Source: the human T2T-CHM13v2.0 reference genome, Homo sapiens. From it: DNA of 64,000 bases. Below are positions 1 to 14,480 of the stretch, in pieces; position 1 is the first letter of the stretch, and each line of letters begins with the position of its first letter. The translations under genes and the position numbers were made by a program. Location of the stretch: NCBI RefSeq assembly GCF_009914755.1, contig NC_060931.1, one strand, 5' to 3'. The notes under the pieces were generated by a model. It was given only the letters and a program-made list of their open reading frames with translations. It was not told the origin of the DNA and ran no database searches.

Positions 1-113
1 CAAAATACATCTCTTTGTGAACTTTGTCAGCCATTAGCATTTATACTGACCCAGGGTCCTATACAATTTTTGTCCTATATAATCAATTAGGCTGTGCTTT
101 ATAAAACACTGTG

Positions 114-115
<2 letters not shown>

Positions 116-152
<37 letters not shown>
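116..152. repeat. (CA)n microsatellite in 3'UTR (UG repeat in mRNA)
   Basis: About 18 perfect AC units. Confidence 0.97.
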
Positions 153-155
<3 letters not shown>

Positions 156-1092
156 GTTTGCATGAGCATGCCAACATAAAGATATCAGTGTTTTCGGTGG
201 TTAAGACCTCTCTACTCAACAGGGTAATCAAGTTAATCAAGTTTCTGGTGGTGGTGGTTTTTAATAACTCGTATTATTAAAAATCTCCAAGAGCTAAAGA
301 ACTATTTTACATTACAATCCTGCAGAAAAAGTCCCAAATTAGGCAGGATTAGAGAGGTCCCAAGATGCTGAAGGGAGCTGATGAAAACACTAGGTCCATG
401 CATGCAGACAACAGATTTCTGATAAGTCATATTTTCCTTCTGTCAGTCTTTCAAGAGACGATGAAAAAGAGTAGCAAGTCTCACTTAAAATGAAACGGCA
501 ACTGTTTCCCTGTAAGTCTTAACACGCATTTTGTTTTTACTATTCTGTTATGCAGTATGATTTTTTAAAAAGAAATAGAAACAGGTTTTTCAAGCAGAAA
601 ACCTACTTTGTACTGGCTATGTAGCCTCAGACGTTCTCTCCACTTCTGAGTTTCTCCCCATGAAAAATGGGGGTGATGCTGGTGAACCCCACTGATGAAC
701 TGAAGAGGTCAGGTGTGGAAAGCGGGCAGCCGTGACTGGCCACAGGGTGTGTGCTTGCTTCCCCTCTTTCTAGCTGCCTCCTGGGAACACTGCCTTGATC
801 ATGTTGATAGTCTCTAGTTTACCCAGATATCTGTGTGATGTAATTATTCAAACAGCTTTGACTTAGTAAATTTAAAATAACACTGAAAGAGAGAGAGGGC
901 ACTTTTCTTTTTTCTTTCCTTTCTAAGAACAAAGCAGCCTAATACTTGTATTTGAAACATACACAAAAATACATATTTGAGGATAAAACCCATCTTGGTT
1001 ATCAGTTAGGCTGTGCTTTCATCAGGAAAAAAAAACTGGTTTTGAGCATGAAGAAAATTAATATAATGCTTTTCTGAGATTCTTTCTTTCCT

Positions 1093-1191
1093 ACACACAC
1101 ACACACACACACAGACACACACACACAGACACACACACACAGACACACAGAGACACACACAGACACACACAGACACACACACACACACACC
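1093..1191. repeat. Compound (CA)n/(CAGA) microsatellite in 3'UTR
   Basis: About 100 nt of CA with interspersed GA. Confidence 0.97.
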
Positions 1192-1233
1192 ATTACCTCA
1201 TTTTCCCTCCCATCAAAAACACACGCTTTGTTT

Positions 1234-1446
1234 CTATACTTCCTCAGAAGTGGAGAATGCAGTTACTCTCAAAACCTCCAAAGAATTTACTAGTATTAAA
1301 ACTCCAGTTAATTCTCTCCAGTGTTTAGTCACAGGGTTTTTCATTCTGTCCAAAGCTGACTGAAGGTCTTGTAACACATCTCTGTAGTTATTTCCATAGT
1401 GAGCACTCCAGGTATACAGAAAATCATAGGCAGGTTTCCACATCAT
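1234..1446 (-). CDS. MACC1: MACC1 last coding exon (aa 783-852 [10 protein letters not shown]...STSEEV, stop TAG)
   Basis: Acceptor ttttttttctttatag|ATGATG; TAG at 1236-1234; the joined CDS totals 852 aa, the known MACC1 length. Confidence 0.97.
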
Positions 1447-2214
1447 CTATAAAGAAAAAAAATAGATTGGAGTAGTGTGGAAGTAGAAAGGAGAGGAAAA
1501 TCGTTTTTAAAAAAAAGATGTAAAAAGCCTCTTAAGATTTAAGATAAAACGGAATACCAATTACACATGGACTTATTTGATGTCATAGAAAATATGGTTT
1601 AATAACTATCAGCTTCCTGTTATATCCCTGTGTTTTTAAAACTAGAGATTTTAAAAATAATAACTACAAATAGGGCCTTTTTTCCCTTGATCCATCATCT
1701 ATACATTGCTGTTGCTTTCATGTGAATATAAAATTCCTTGCACAATTTTTTGATGGTAACAAATGTTATTGAGATAGGCTTTTTACTATTTGAGAGACTT
1801 TTAGAGTTAATTATTATTATTATACCTATCTGTGGTGAGTTTTATGACACCAAATAATGTATCAGGAGAGAAATAGTATATTTAACATTTTAAATTATTT
1901 TACTCGAGCAAGTCTATAAACAAGCAAAAATCTAGCTTCTTGATCAAGTCAAGATGAAAGCAAAAATATAATTCTCTAATTTAAAATATTTATTTCATGA
2001 TATATTTTATCATCGAAAGAAAAACCAATACTCAGTGCTGCTTCTTTTTGCTTTTCCTAAGCACCTACCCATACCAATGATGTCATTGTTTCCATAGAAA
2101 TAAATGTACGTCAAAGAGAAACTTCACATACAAGCATGCATGTAATGGTAACCAAGGCAACCAGGCTAGAGGGAGAATAGAGACAAAGGCAGACCAAATA
2201 AGACAAATTGTAGA

Positions 2215-2256
2215 ATACACACACACACGCACACACACACACACGTCACACACACA
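2215..2256. repeat. Imperfect (CA)n microsatellite inside MACC1-AS1 exon 1
   Basis: Read directly. Confidence 0.9.
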
Positions 2257-3473
2257 GCACCTTAAAATGAATTTTCTCTAGGGAAACAACAAAATGAACC
2301 CTGCACTTGTAAGTGGAATATTTGAAATATAAACTTTATTATTTGCTTATTTTGGGGGGTTCACTGAACTAATTTGGTTGTGATTCTATCACTTGCAAAA
2401 TGTAGGAACATAGACTCCGAGCTAAATATCATGCAGAACTGCCCTTTTAAAGTAGAACCTCTATCACAGTTCAGTAATATCACATGAACTAAAGCCTTGG
2501 CATATAATTTTCACCATCCTCCAATATCCTCATATAGTCTAATTTTAAAGTTAAAAGAATTAAAGACCTAAATAGGGAGTTCCATTATGTATTTGATTCA
2601 ATCCACATAAAAGGCTCTAAGGACAATTTAATGTTATTTGTCCAAACTGGCATTCCTGGGAAGCCATGAACAGCCATTTCCTCATCTCTCTCGACAAAGC
2701 TTAATTTTGCAAGGTAGAGAATAAAAGACAATTATCAAAGTTATACCATATCAGCATATGGTGCAGCAACAAAAATCATCTCAGATTTTTGTATATAAGT
2801 TTTACCCTCACCAACCGGATTAATAATTTTATCTTCTATGTCTGATGGAATGTGAATGAGGCATCTGCTCATCTATATTTCTGAAGATTTACATTGAAAT
2901 CAAACTTCTCAAAGTACAATTGCCACTAGTTTCTCAACAATGGAATATCAGTTGAGACATAGTAATGGAACCTTTTTTGTCAGACTCAATCTTGGTTGTC
3001 GCTGCTCAGTTGCAAAGAATCACTAAACAAATAGATTATTCTGTAGTGGGTATATTCTGTCTGTAAAATCTCTGAGACGTGGACACTACCTTCTATTCAC
3101 TTAAAAGTCCCTGATGCTCAACGAACTGGTTCAAATTGTCACGTATTTTTTAAAATAATGGTGTTTATAGCTAAAGGCTTCTAAGACTGTTCTAAGTCTG
3201 CTAGTGATTGAGTCTGATAAATGATGTATTTGAAGATATTTTATGATAAACAGCAACTTAAAACATTTCTGTAAAAAGGGGATGGCATAGTAGATTAGTG
3301 TAAAGCATCGCAGAAAACAGACATCTCAAGAATTATAAAAGGGTAATTTTGGGGTTGTCCACTACACTACAGATTCAAATACTTTTACAGTCAAAAGCAG
3401 CCAATATGGCCCCACCTACTTTCATGGGAAGAAAAGCTCTGTATCTATGGCCTATCTTGCGGCAGGACTGTGA

Positions 3474-3976
<503 letters not shown>

Positions 3977-4689
3977 CTACATTTGGCAATTTGTACTAAC
4001 AACAGAGTAGTGTCGATAGCTCTTGCAAATCAGAGAAATTTGGGTACAATACTGAGTCCTAGGCCCTAATTAAGATTTTTGAAGGTGTAAAGACTTCCCA
4101 AGAGTCCCCTGAATTTGTCTGAAATGCAAGGGGGAATATTGCCCTAAACCGATTTGAGACTCCCTGGAGTGTAAGCTGTAATCTGGCTAGAAATGGGTAA
4201 AAGAGCATTGGGCTGAAAACAATAGGGCGTTGGTAAACTTTACGATTTACACTAAAATATGAGCATACTCTGTATTCCATTTTTCTTCCTCATTGCAGCA
4301 AATTAAACCTGAATATTCCTTTGGTGCAAAAATTCATCTTCTGTGTACAAAATCATTGGTAGCTCTCAACAAAGATGATAGAGAAACACTTTTATAGCAT
4401 AAATACAATGAAAATATTCAACATTATCATTGTTCATTAACTATTTTGCTTATCAAATCAAGGTTTATTATCTTCCACTACAATAAATTTTGTTACAGTA
4501 AGAAAATGATGAATATTGCATGACTCTTGCTTTTAGAAGCTTATAGCGTAGGAAGGAGATAGACACCTGCACAAACACTGGCACAGGGGATGAAATAGGA
4601 TGTGATAATTACAGAAAAACTCAAAAATTACTTGCATATTTTAAATCAGTGTGAGAAAAAATGATTGTTGTATTCACTGATGCTATAAT

Positions 4690-4890
4690 GGAAAGAAAGA
4701 TAGGTTTGGGTGGCAGAGTCCTGTGTCTACATCTGAGTTCTGTTGCCTATTTGATAGGTTAATTTGATAAACTAATCAAGTTATTTCAGCTTGGAATTTT
4801 TTTAATCTATAAAATATGGATAATCATTCCCAAATTTTGTGTTCAAAATACCTCATGATGTATCTGGCATATAGTTTGCATTTATACTTC
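4690..4890 (+). mobile_element. MIR (degenerate)
   Basis: Core-like caagttattt...atctataaaatatggataat...ctggcatatag. Confidence 0.55.
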
Positions 4891-5720
4891 TTAATAGGAT
4901 AGAGAAGAAAGTACTTATTTTTTTGGCAGGGGCAAGCTAAAGAGCCTATTTTCAGCCCTACTGAATATCAAGCAAAAGGGAGGGTATCTGATAAAAAATT
5001 ACAGTTGGAATGAGGAGATGACCTTGAGAGGACAGACAAGGGTTTAGCATCACTTGTGCTACAGGGATGGCAAAACACATGAGAGCAGAAGAAAACACCA
5101 AGGAAGAGAAAAAAGGGATGCAAAATTTAATTCTCAACTAAGTCAATTATTAGTGGATACAAGAGAGAAATAGACGCAATAAAAGGATGGGGAGAAGCTG
5201 GAGTCAAAGAAAAAGAAAGTGAATCACATGCTTCATCTTGCAAAAGCCAAGAAGTATAATAACATCCCAAAAAGGACATGCATTGGCTTGCTGGAGCCAG
5301 CTCACACAAGCTCCCTGGATATCCTCCCAACTCCATGTTCCACAACTCCAGTGACACCACAATGGTAGGTTAAAATGATGTACGATCGGAATATTTACAC
5401 TAAGAACATTAACAAAAGCTATAAGTTTAGATTTTTTCCCTCTGCAGGGTTGGTTGGTAAACATATGCCAGTGTAACACTGAGGACTTCCCTTTTCTGTT
5501 ACCTCCACTGCTACCTGTAACATCAACAATGTGGGAATATAAAGAAAAACTTGGCAAATCCAGGATTTTGGAAATTAGCAGGACTTTGGTAACTTGGAGA
5601 AGGCAGTTTCAAGAGAATAGTCGGGGGCATACGACAGGTACAAACAGGTATCAAAGAAATGGAAGACACCAAACAAATGGGTCACATCTGAAATTTGAGT
5701 GTCAAAGGAAGAGAGACAGA

Positions 5721-5858
5721 ACCAGAACAAGCAGCAGTAGAAAATAGAGGTATTTTTAAAAGAAAAACAAATTTAAAAAGTAATATCCTACCAGAACAAG
5801 CAGCAGTAGAAAATAGAGGTATTTTAAAAAGAAAAAAAATTTTTAAAGTAATATTCTA
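5721..5858. repeat. 69-bp tandem duplication (2 copies)
   Basis: ACCAGAACAAGCAGCAGTAGAAAATAGAGGTATTTT...AGTAATAT at 5721 and 5790. Confidence 0.95.
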
Positions 5859-6165
5859 TGATGGCAAGGGGATTTGGATTTGAATCTTAGCTTTGCCATA
5901 TGGAGAACTTAAGGTTAATGAGGCTTAAAGAGGTAGCATATATAAAGCACCCAAGAAGAAAGGTTAACTTCCTTTGGCAGAAACATAAATACAAAAGGAT
6001 GTTAAAATCATTATGGAGTTAGGGCACAAAATTAGAGGGGCAAGTATCATGAGAAATCGAGAAGGAATGAGAACAAAAGCATATGTCAAGACTTATGTAC
6101 TTAATACACTGATAAAAAATATTAAATTGGGGGAACTATGTTTTCCCTTAATAAGTAAATCTCTA

Positions 6166-6526
<361 letters not shown>

Positions 6527-8324
6527 CTAATCAGTTGTTTAATTGTCCTTTGTGGAATAGATATATGAACATTTGGACACAAGTTCTAAAGGTACTTTTA
6601 TTTTTTCTGCATTTTTTATCTCATTTCATTCTGGTTTTCTTAAACAGTAAATACATTTTATCCAAGGCAGAGACATAAGAGGTAATTTGTGTACATTAAT
6701 TAACAATAAACTCTATGAAATTTGCCCTAAAATATCTACCCAGTAAGGTCACAAAAAATTCTAAATTTTTTAATAAATTACAAAGAAAATGAAGTCATCT
6801 TTTCTGGAAATGTTTGAAGGAATAAAATGCGTAGAATAAATAATTTTCTTTCCGGACTGACTAACATTTAATCCTCCGAAGGCTAGAAAGGAGTTGCAGA
6901 CAGCCAAGATCTCTTCCAGATTTATGTTGTCTTGTATCTATTCTGTGTTTTAAAAATAGTTGTTCCTCTCTTGCTCAATGTTATGATTAGAAAAGATATG
7001 CAGAAACTCTACACTTGTGTTTTGAAAAATCTAAAGGAAAGCCCTCTCAGGAGGGCTTGTTTTTTAGTTGTTAAATTATTCTTAACCACAAAAATTATCT
7101 CAGCCTTCTCATTTCTATCACAAATATTTAATACATAGGCTGCATTCTTATGCCTCTATTCTTAGATTTTTAATGGTAACTTCATGATGTTGCAGTTTCA
7201 TTCTTGAATAGGAAGCGTGAGGCTGATAAAAGCACAAAGTTGTTAATTTTCATCTATGTGCTTTTCTTTTTATAAAAAAGGGCAGCAGCGTGAGTAAGTA
7301 TTTAACATACAAAGTTGAGCAGTTTTCCAAAGTTCAAGCTTTTGTGTGGAAGAAGTGTGTCTTAGGTTATCTTTTCAGTGTTATAGGACAAAATAAAAAG
7401 TAATGGAGCAATAAAAAGTAATAAGTGGGATGCCAAAAGAAATGAAATAGGAATAAAGGCAAAACATACATAGTTTTCCAAATTTAGAGTGCTCATTCCC
7501 AGAAGCCAATAAGACTCATTAGAAAATGCACTAGAAAATGAAATGCCACATGAGTAGAAGAAATTCAGATTTCAGCATAGCACTGTATGTCTTTTTTTAG
7601 CTTATAAAATATGAATAGCATAAAGAATGCAATTGGTTTTAACTACTTTTGGATAATTACATTTTGTCACATTAAAGGATTAGTAATCCACTTACTTCTC
7701 CTATAAACTTACAGGAACAACACTTCATTTTCAGTACCATTAGCTGAAGAAGTATTAAGGCAAGGTTGCCTTCTTAATGATTATTTCATGTGTTCTATCC
7801 TCAGTACATCATTTACAATATTCAGGTAAGCTTTAACACTTAACATTTAACATTACCTATAATTAGTAAGTACATAAATATTGTTGAAGGTAAGATTGCT
7901 GTTGTCTTCAGAAGAGAAGGGAGGCTAACATATCTGGGGGCCCCTATGTCCTCACGAGGGAGATGCTGCTTGGTTAAAACTTGACACAAGATTCCATTGA
8001 AAAAGTCTATTTGAGGACAACCAGCTAAATTTGGGTGAGAATAACCACTTGGAACTTCAGGGGTTAAGCATGAGCCAGAGGAAGACAGAGGACCTATTCC
8101 TTGCTAGTGCATCTGCTTAAATAGTCTAACATTATAGGAAAACCTGCTGGTTAAGCCATCTTACCAATTCCTAGTTGGGAGGATTCCTCATTGCCTCCTC
8201 ATCATCACTGCCACCCATGCCCCTGCCAAAAACATATATTCATGGAGACAACTGACACCAATGTTTAAAGAAATTGGGCTCCTTCAATTTAATTTTTCAA
8301 TGTAAACATTAAAACAAATGAAAA

Positions 8325-8560
8325 AATACAGTGTCAAGAGCTCTGGATTTAGCGGCACACATCTTGGTTTAAATCTAGACTCTTGGTTTAGTAGCTCCAG
8401 GATCTTAGGTAAGCTATCACCTTTCTTTAGGCCCTTGCTTTCCCCTTCTGGCAAATGAGAAAAAAGGTGTACCCAATGCTATAAAAGAATTGCTAAGTAT
8501 ACAAAGGAATGGATGTAAATGTTTTTGGCACACACCAAGTGCTCAATTAATGCTAATTAT
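8325..8560 (+). mobile_element. MIR
   Basis: cagtgtcaagagctctgga...tttggcacacaccaagtgctcaattaatgctaattat. Confidence 0.65.
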
Positions 8561-9027
8561 AGTTGAGTTTAAAGTTAAGAAACAAAATCACAGTCAACTA
8601 TCCAGGAAAAGAACCCAGGTAACCTTGCTATAAATCTAGGGCCATTTTACTAAAGTATTGCCACAACTTTATTTCATTATTAAGCAGTTCTAACAAATGC
8701 TGATTTTGGTCTTACACATAGCTGGATTTTGGTTTTCTGAAATTCCTTATTGTTTATGTTCCCTAGTACTAAAGCTTGAAAAAGAAAACCTAAAGTCAAA
8801 ATTAAATAGTGTCTTTAAATCCATTTTGAATTTTCTTAATAATGTTTAACTTAATATGCATGTTATTTCTATTTGATTTTCAGTGTATAATATAGAATTA
8901 AGTCAAAGATCATAGGAATACAATGTGTTACCCCAGAAATTTCACTGTGCTATCTTTGTTTTCTTTCCTACCTCATTCCTCCCAAAATGGAGTATCTTTT
9001 TGAAATTAAAGTTTGTAACAAGTATAG

Positions 9028-9087
9028 AATTGTACAAAGTAGACATGGTAATCTAAATTGTACAAAGTAGACAATGGTAATCTAAAT
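9028..9087. repeat. 28/29-bp tandem duplication
   Basis: AATTGTACAAAGTAGACA(A)TGGTAATCTA x2. Confidence 0.95.
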
Positions 9088-9654
9088 AACATCACTGTGC
9101 CAAATCTCTAGTTCAAACAATGGAGATTTGAGATATCATTCTATACATTTTACAACTGGTATGTGAATTTCCATATAATACTTTTCCCTTCTCTAAGAAA
9201 TTATAAATATATTTCTCATTTCAAAAGAACAGCAAACAAAAGAATTAAGTACCAAGGCTAGAACTGAACCAGGCCCTGATACAGACCTTGATAATTCAAC
9301 ATCCCTGTAAGCAGAATCCAGAAGTTGCCATGTAAGCCAGAAAACCATACAGCCCAAGGACATTTCTTTTAACTTTTGCGAGAGATAATTTCCAAGGAAA
9401 ATTAAATGTTGTTAAGCCCATAAGAAATAAGCTGATCAGCCAAGACTTTATCTCATTTTTTTCCATGCATTGCTATTCTGCCAGTTTCTCAGATGAGAAA
9501 CCTTGAAATAACTGCTAACTTTTTCCTTACATTCTTCCTATAGGCACTCTCAGTCACATTACTAAAAAAACAGTGTATTTTATTCTATTTTCCAAAAATT
9601 ACTCAAAGTTATATAGTTATCAAATTCACCTTTTCCTCTTCCTCTTCATTAAAA

Positions 9655-9890
9655 TAATAAATAATATGTATTTAGTGATTACAATATGCAAAACATTGTC
9701 CCAAATATTACACATTTATTATCTCATTTGATCTTCTAAACATCCAGTGAGTAAGATAGTATTATTCTCCTTACTTCACAGACACACAAAATAGATTCCC
9801 AGAAAAGTAAAGTAATTTGCCCAAGGCTTGAGGGCTGATAGATGGTAGAGGTGGAACAGAAGTCCAGCCAAGAATCTTAACCTCTATGCT
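9655..9890 (-). mobile_element. MIR
   Basis: attatctcatttgatctt...aagtaatttgcccaagg...tcttaacctctatgct. Confidence 0.75.
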
Positions 9891-10149
9891 CTGGTAGTCA
9901 CTGAAGACTCCCCTCCATTGATACCAACATATGTACCTGACCACATCACCCAGTAATTAGTAAGGTGAACTCTCCCCTCCAGGCCACATCTTCTCAGTGG
10001 TCCCTAGAGCTCACTGATATTTAGAAGCACTGAAGTCTACTTCTATTCCTCTCCAATTACTCAAAGGCCACCCATCCTTCAAAGCTAGCATGTCTCCTAA
10101 TTACTCCTCACCACTTTGATATTTTTTAAGTAAGTTAAATTTGAAAGGG

Positions 10150-10405
10150 CTTATCATTAGTATAATACAGTGGTTAGGACTTTATATAAGACAACGTGAA
10201 TTCAGATCTAAGTACTTGCCCTTAATAGCCATGTAACTGGATAAATTACACAAATACATTCACCTTCAGTTTGTATATATGTAAAGAGCAGATGGCTATA
10301 ATGTTTTCCTTACAAAGTATATTGAAATAATAGAGATACTGTAAAGAAAATGCTCATAATGACTAGCTGACAATGAACATTTGGTAAGTTACAACTATTA
10401 ACATT
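10150..10405 (+). mobile_element. MIR
   Basis: tacagtggttaggac...ccttcagttt...gtaaa core. Confidence 0.65.
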
Positions 10406-11053
10406 GTCATCTAGTCCTATACTTTTAAGAAATATTATAACAATTCAAATATTAACAGTTTATCCCAATTCCCAGGCCAAAGTAAAACCTGGTTTTTAAG
10501 GAAAAAATAATCATATTGTGTGTTTTTTACGGCTCCTAAACCAATGTCCAGAACTGATAGACCCAGAATAAGCGTTAAGTATATGGATGAATTAAATACT
10601 GAAGGCTAGGACACAGATATAAGATACTAAATAAGTGGAAAGAATTCCATGTGGAATTCATTCACTTATAGAAAATGACTAAAACTTCTTGAAAATCAAC
10701 AACTTTCTTATCTTTAATCTAGACTTGGAACAAAGTACTTTGAACTCTCCAGCGGCCAGTCAGAAAATGAGGAACAGGTTGTGAATAGAAGATACAAAGG
10801 AGTATTAGATCTGCATTGATTAAATGGTGACTACAAATAGACTTAAAATACATCTTCCCAATTATGAATCTCTACAGGTGAGTAATTTCCGAGACGAAAA
10901 AAAATTACCATTAGGAACATTGACTTCGCTGGCTTCCATTGGGAGAGTGGCCCATTCTGGCAGGTCAGATAAGAAACTATTATCAACAGGACTATTGGTG
11001 CCTGTGGCTGAGGTAGAGCCCAGTGGGCAAAGGTAATTGAAGAAAGGAAGTGA

Positions 11054-11400
<347 letters not shown>

Positions 11401-12171
11401 TTATTAAACAAGATAAAAATGGCATAATCTATATTGTTAAGCAAGGGGGCCAATGAGGGAGCCATAGAAAAAGTATTGTCATTTGTGGTAACCATCCCTA
11501 GAAGGCTAAGTGAAGAGCACCCAATTTAGGCCAGTGAATTTCTTATCTCTGAATCCCCAGCATGTCCCCTTGTAAAATTCAACATTTAAAAAGTGAGCTA
11601 TTTTTCTAATATGCTATTGATTCCTTTTTTAAAAAATTAAAACTCTAAATATATTCAGAAAATGCCAATAAATTTTCACTAACTTTCACGGAAGAACCTT
11701 GGCAATAGTGACATCTTTGTATAGTGTAAGTGCATTTTTTCTGAAAGAAATACTCTGAAAAACATACTTTGCTTATTATCAGATTCCAAGCTTTACAGCT
11801 TTGCTTTTATGTAGTAATTACCATGTCATTAGAAAAGTCGAGTAACATTTCTTAAAATTTAACTTGAGGAGATGGTTAATTTCAAAAGTGACATTCTCAA
11901 AAGTTTCCAAAGAGAGGCTTTTTCTTCACCTTAGAAAAAATTAAGAAATGGTTAAGGTGTTCAGAAAATCTGACAAATTTATTATTAATATACTTCATTT
12001 TTTAACCAGCTTGAGGCTTGGTAAAGATTTAATTTTGAGGCAATTTTTGATAGTATCATGGCTACTTGACATGGCCTGAAAAGAGGACAAATAAAAAATG
12101 AAACAAGTTGCTTAACCCTGGCCGCACCTTCTGACTCTGCAACATAGTCACCATATTAAACAGTGATGGAC

Positions 12172-12385
12172 AGAGTGTAATGGTTAAAGTCATGGACTCT
12201 GAAGTCAAATGTCTGTGCTCTAAACATGGTTCCAGGACTTTCCAGCTGTGTATGTTTAAGCAAGTTACTTATCCTCTCCATATCTTAGATATTAGTGTCT
12301 GCCCCATGAGTTTTTATTGAAAGGATTACATTAATTAATTTTTGTAATATTTCCAGAACAGTGTCTGTCACGGAGTCAGTGCCAG
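12172..12385 (+). mobile_element. MIR
   Basis: gtgtaatggttaaagtcatggactctgaagtca...gcaagttacttatcctctc...agaacagtgtctg. Confidence 0.75.
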
Positions 12386-13798
12386 ATAACTCTCCCTAAG
12401 ATACAATAAAAATAGAACAAAGGGAAGAGAAAGAAGTTAAAGGAGAGAAAGTAAGCGAAACAGCTCAACTGCAGGCATTGGCACACATAGAAGGCAGTTT
12501 TTGGAGTGTGTGCCCTCTGAGGAAATGACATACAGGAAAAAAAGCGGCCCAGCAACTGCTAGACCTAATTATCTCCCTGCCCCAGTGCACTTCCCTCCCT
12601 CTGCACCCCCTACCCAGAACTAATATCAGTGTGCTTTGAAATCAACTACTTGAATTGTAAATTGATCATATTTAGGAATCTCCTCCCAAAGAGAAAAATT
12701 ATACAGCTATTTTTTAGGAGGTTGGAAATTAGCATATATTTACCCATTAGTTAAGTGACCTCGTACGTAAGATTTCTGTATATTATTTGGAATGACCTCA
12801 GGCCAATATACTGTGGATTTTTCTAAGTATTTAATAACATGAATCTGAGTGATGACTATTACTATTAATCACAATAAGTTGAACTATCATAGAAAGACAC
12901 CTAGGGGCTTTCCTTTCTGCTTCTGAGTGTTTATCAGCCTCAGGCAAAGACTTAGTCATTTATGATTTGGGCTGTGCAAAAGTAAATAATGGAAAAGTGG
13001 GTGGTTTGCTGGCCTCCATCAAGATTTAGGGGAAGACAAACTATAAACAACCACAATTAGAGAGAAGCCAGATGCTTAAGGAGGCTGACAGAATAAATAA
13101 CTCTGATAAATAACTCTCAACAAAACTCTTTCAAAACAGAACCTTATTAAGAAAAAAAGGTCCTGCTTTCAATTAGACAACTTTTTCATCAGTTAACTGA
13201 AATGTCCGAATCAGAAGAGCGTATCCCTCATAATATTTGTTTTTCCTTCTTAAAGGCTTCCTATCTTTCATCTCATTCTGTAAACACTTGAGTCCATTTT
13301 GTGTACTGCACCAAATGCTATATTATGCTTATTTATAGGCTGTAATGCCCTTCTAAGTTTATGGAGATAAATGTAGTCTCTGAGGGGAAAGACATCCTCA
13401 GTCCCTGGTTGCTCCTGGCTAAAGAGTCTTATTTTGGAGAAGTCCTGGCTGGAGAGCCAGGCTGCAGGAACTCAGAAACCAGCCTGCTGACACTTCCACT
13501 GCAGCTGCTGGAATTCAGCTGACTTGATTTGACTCTACTTTTCATGCAAAGGTGGTTTTGTCCTGTTCACCCAACTGGAATGGTTGCATCGAAGCAAGAA
13601 AATTTTCTCCAAAAATTAATACCCAGATCTACGCCAAAAACAAAGTGAAGAATACAGCTTCTGCTCTCACCAAGTCATCTCTAATAGAGAGAAGATTTCC
13701 TTAAACATAAATATCTTCAAAATGCTTGTTCATTTGAGAGAAAGATACAGAATATTTTACATGTGCCCTTCACTGGAATATTTTTATTTATTTAATTC

Positions 13799-13804
13799 AA
13801 TAAA
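13799..13804 (+). terminator. Polyadenylation signal AATAAA of MACC1-AS1
   Basis: AATAAA preceded by a U-rich stretch, ~250 nt into the inferred last exon. Confidence 0.7.
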
Positions 13805-14480
13805 AATTGACTCCCAGTTCTTTATGGTAATCTGGAGAAAAATATGTGTTTAACTTGTGCCTAACAGCATACATTTGTTTTGATAAAAACAATATTTTCA
13901 TGGTAAATATTTACTTTGTACTAAGTGCTAACATTCTGCAACTGATGCCTGTAGTTACTGTAGGCAACATTGTGAAGGAGATAATGAAGCTCTTAGTTAT
14001 CAATCTCTCATCACCAGTGGCTCTACATCCACTTTCTTACTACTTCTTGTCCCTGAGCATTAGTTATCGCAAGTGACTAAGTTTATGCCTGAGGCCGATA
14101 AGTACATATCATTATGTCTTCCTCTATTGTCCTGACTTGATCCTGTCTCCCACCTTCAAAATTTACCTGTTTTATGACTCAAGTTCTTATAGCCATCCCC
14201 ACTTACTGGCCCAATTTGATCAATTAATTCATTGATCAAAGGCCATGAGAATATGAAATCCAAAAGAAGAAACATCAATATTTTAAGGGCTCTCAATGCC
14301 TTTTAAGAGTGTGTGTGTTTATTTCAGATAGTACTGATGAGTTACTAGTGCAGTGATTCAGTTAGTGGATCATCTTGGACATTCCCCCAGTGAATCCGTG
14401 AATGTGGTATGGGTTTGATTACATTAGTGTTACTTGGTCTGCAACTTTTCACTATTGAATTACACAAACAGAAGTCTTAC

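Larger units (their letters stand above)
1..1233 (-). other. MACC1: MACC1 3'UTR (proximal part; probably continues beyond window start)
   Basis: Directly follows the stop codon in the terminal exon; MACC1 is known to have a multi-kb 3'UTR. Confidence 0.85.

Noticed and set aside
34-1193. ORFs rich in CVCVCV (also 49819-50133 and 60299-60484)
   Set aside because: Translations of (TG)n microsatellites.
2820-3150. Possible old DNA-transposon remnants (also ~26710-26860 and ~57010-57250)
   Set aside because: Similarity too weak to name a family or define ends by eye.
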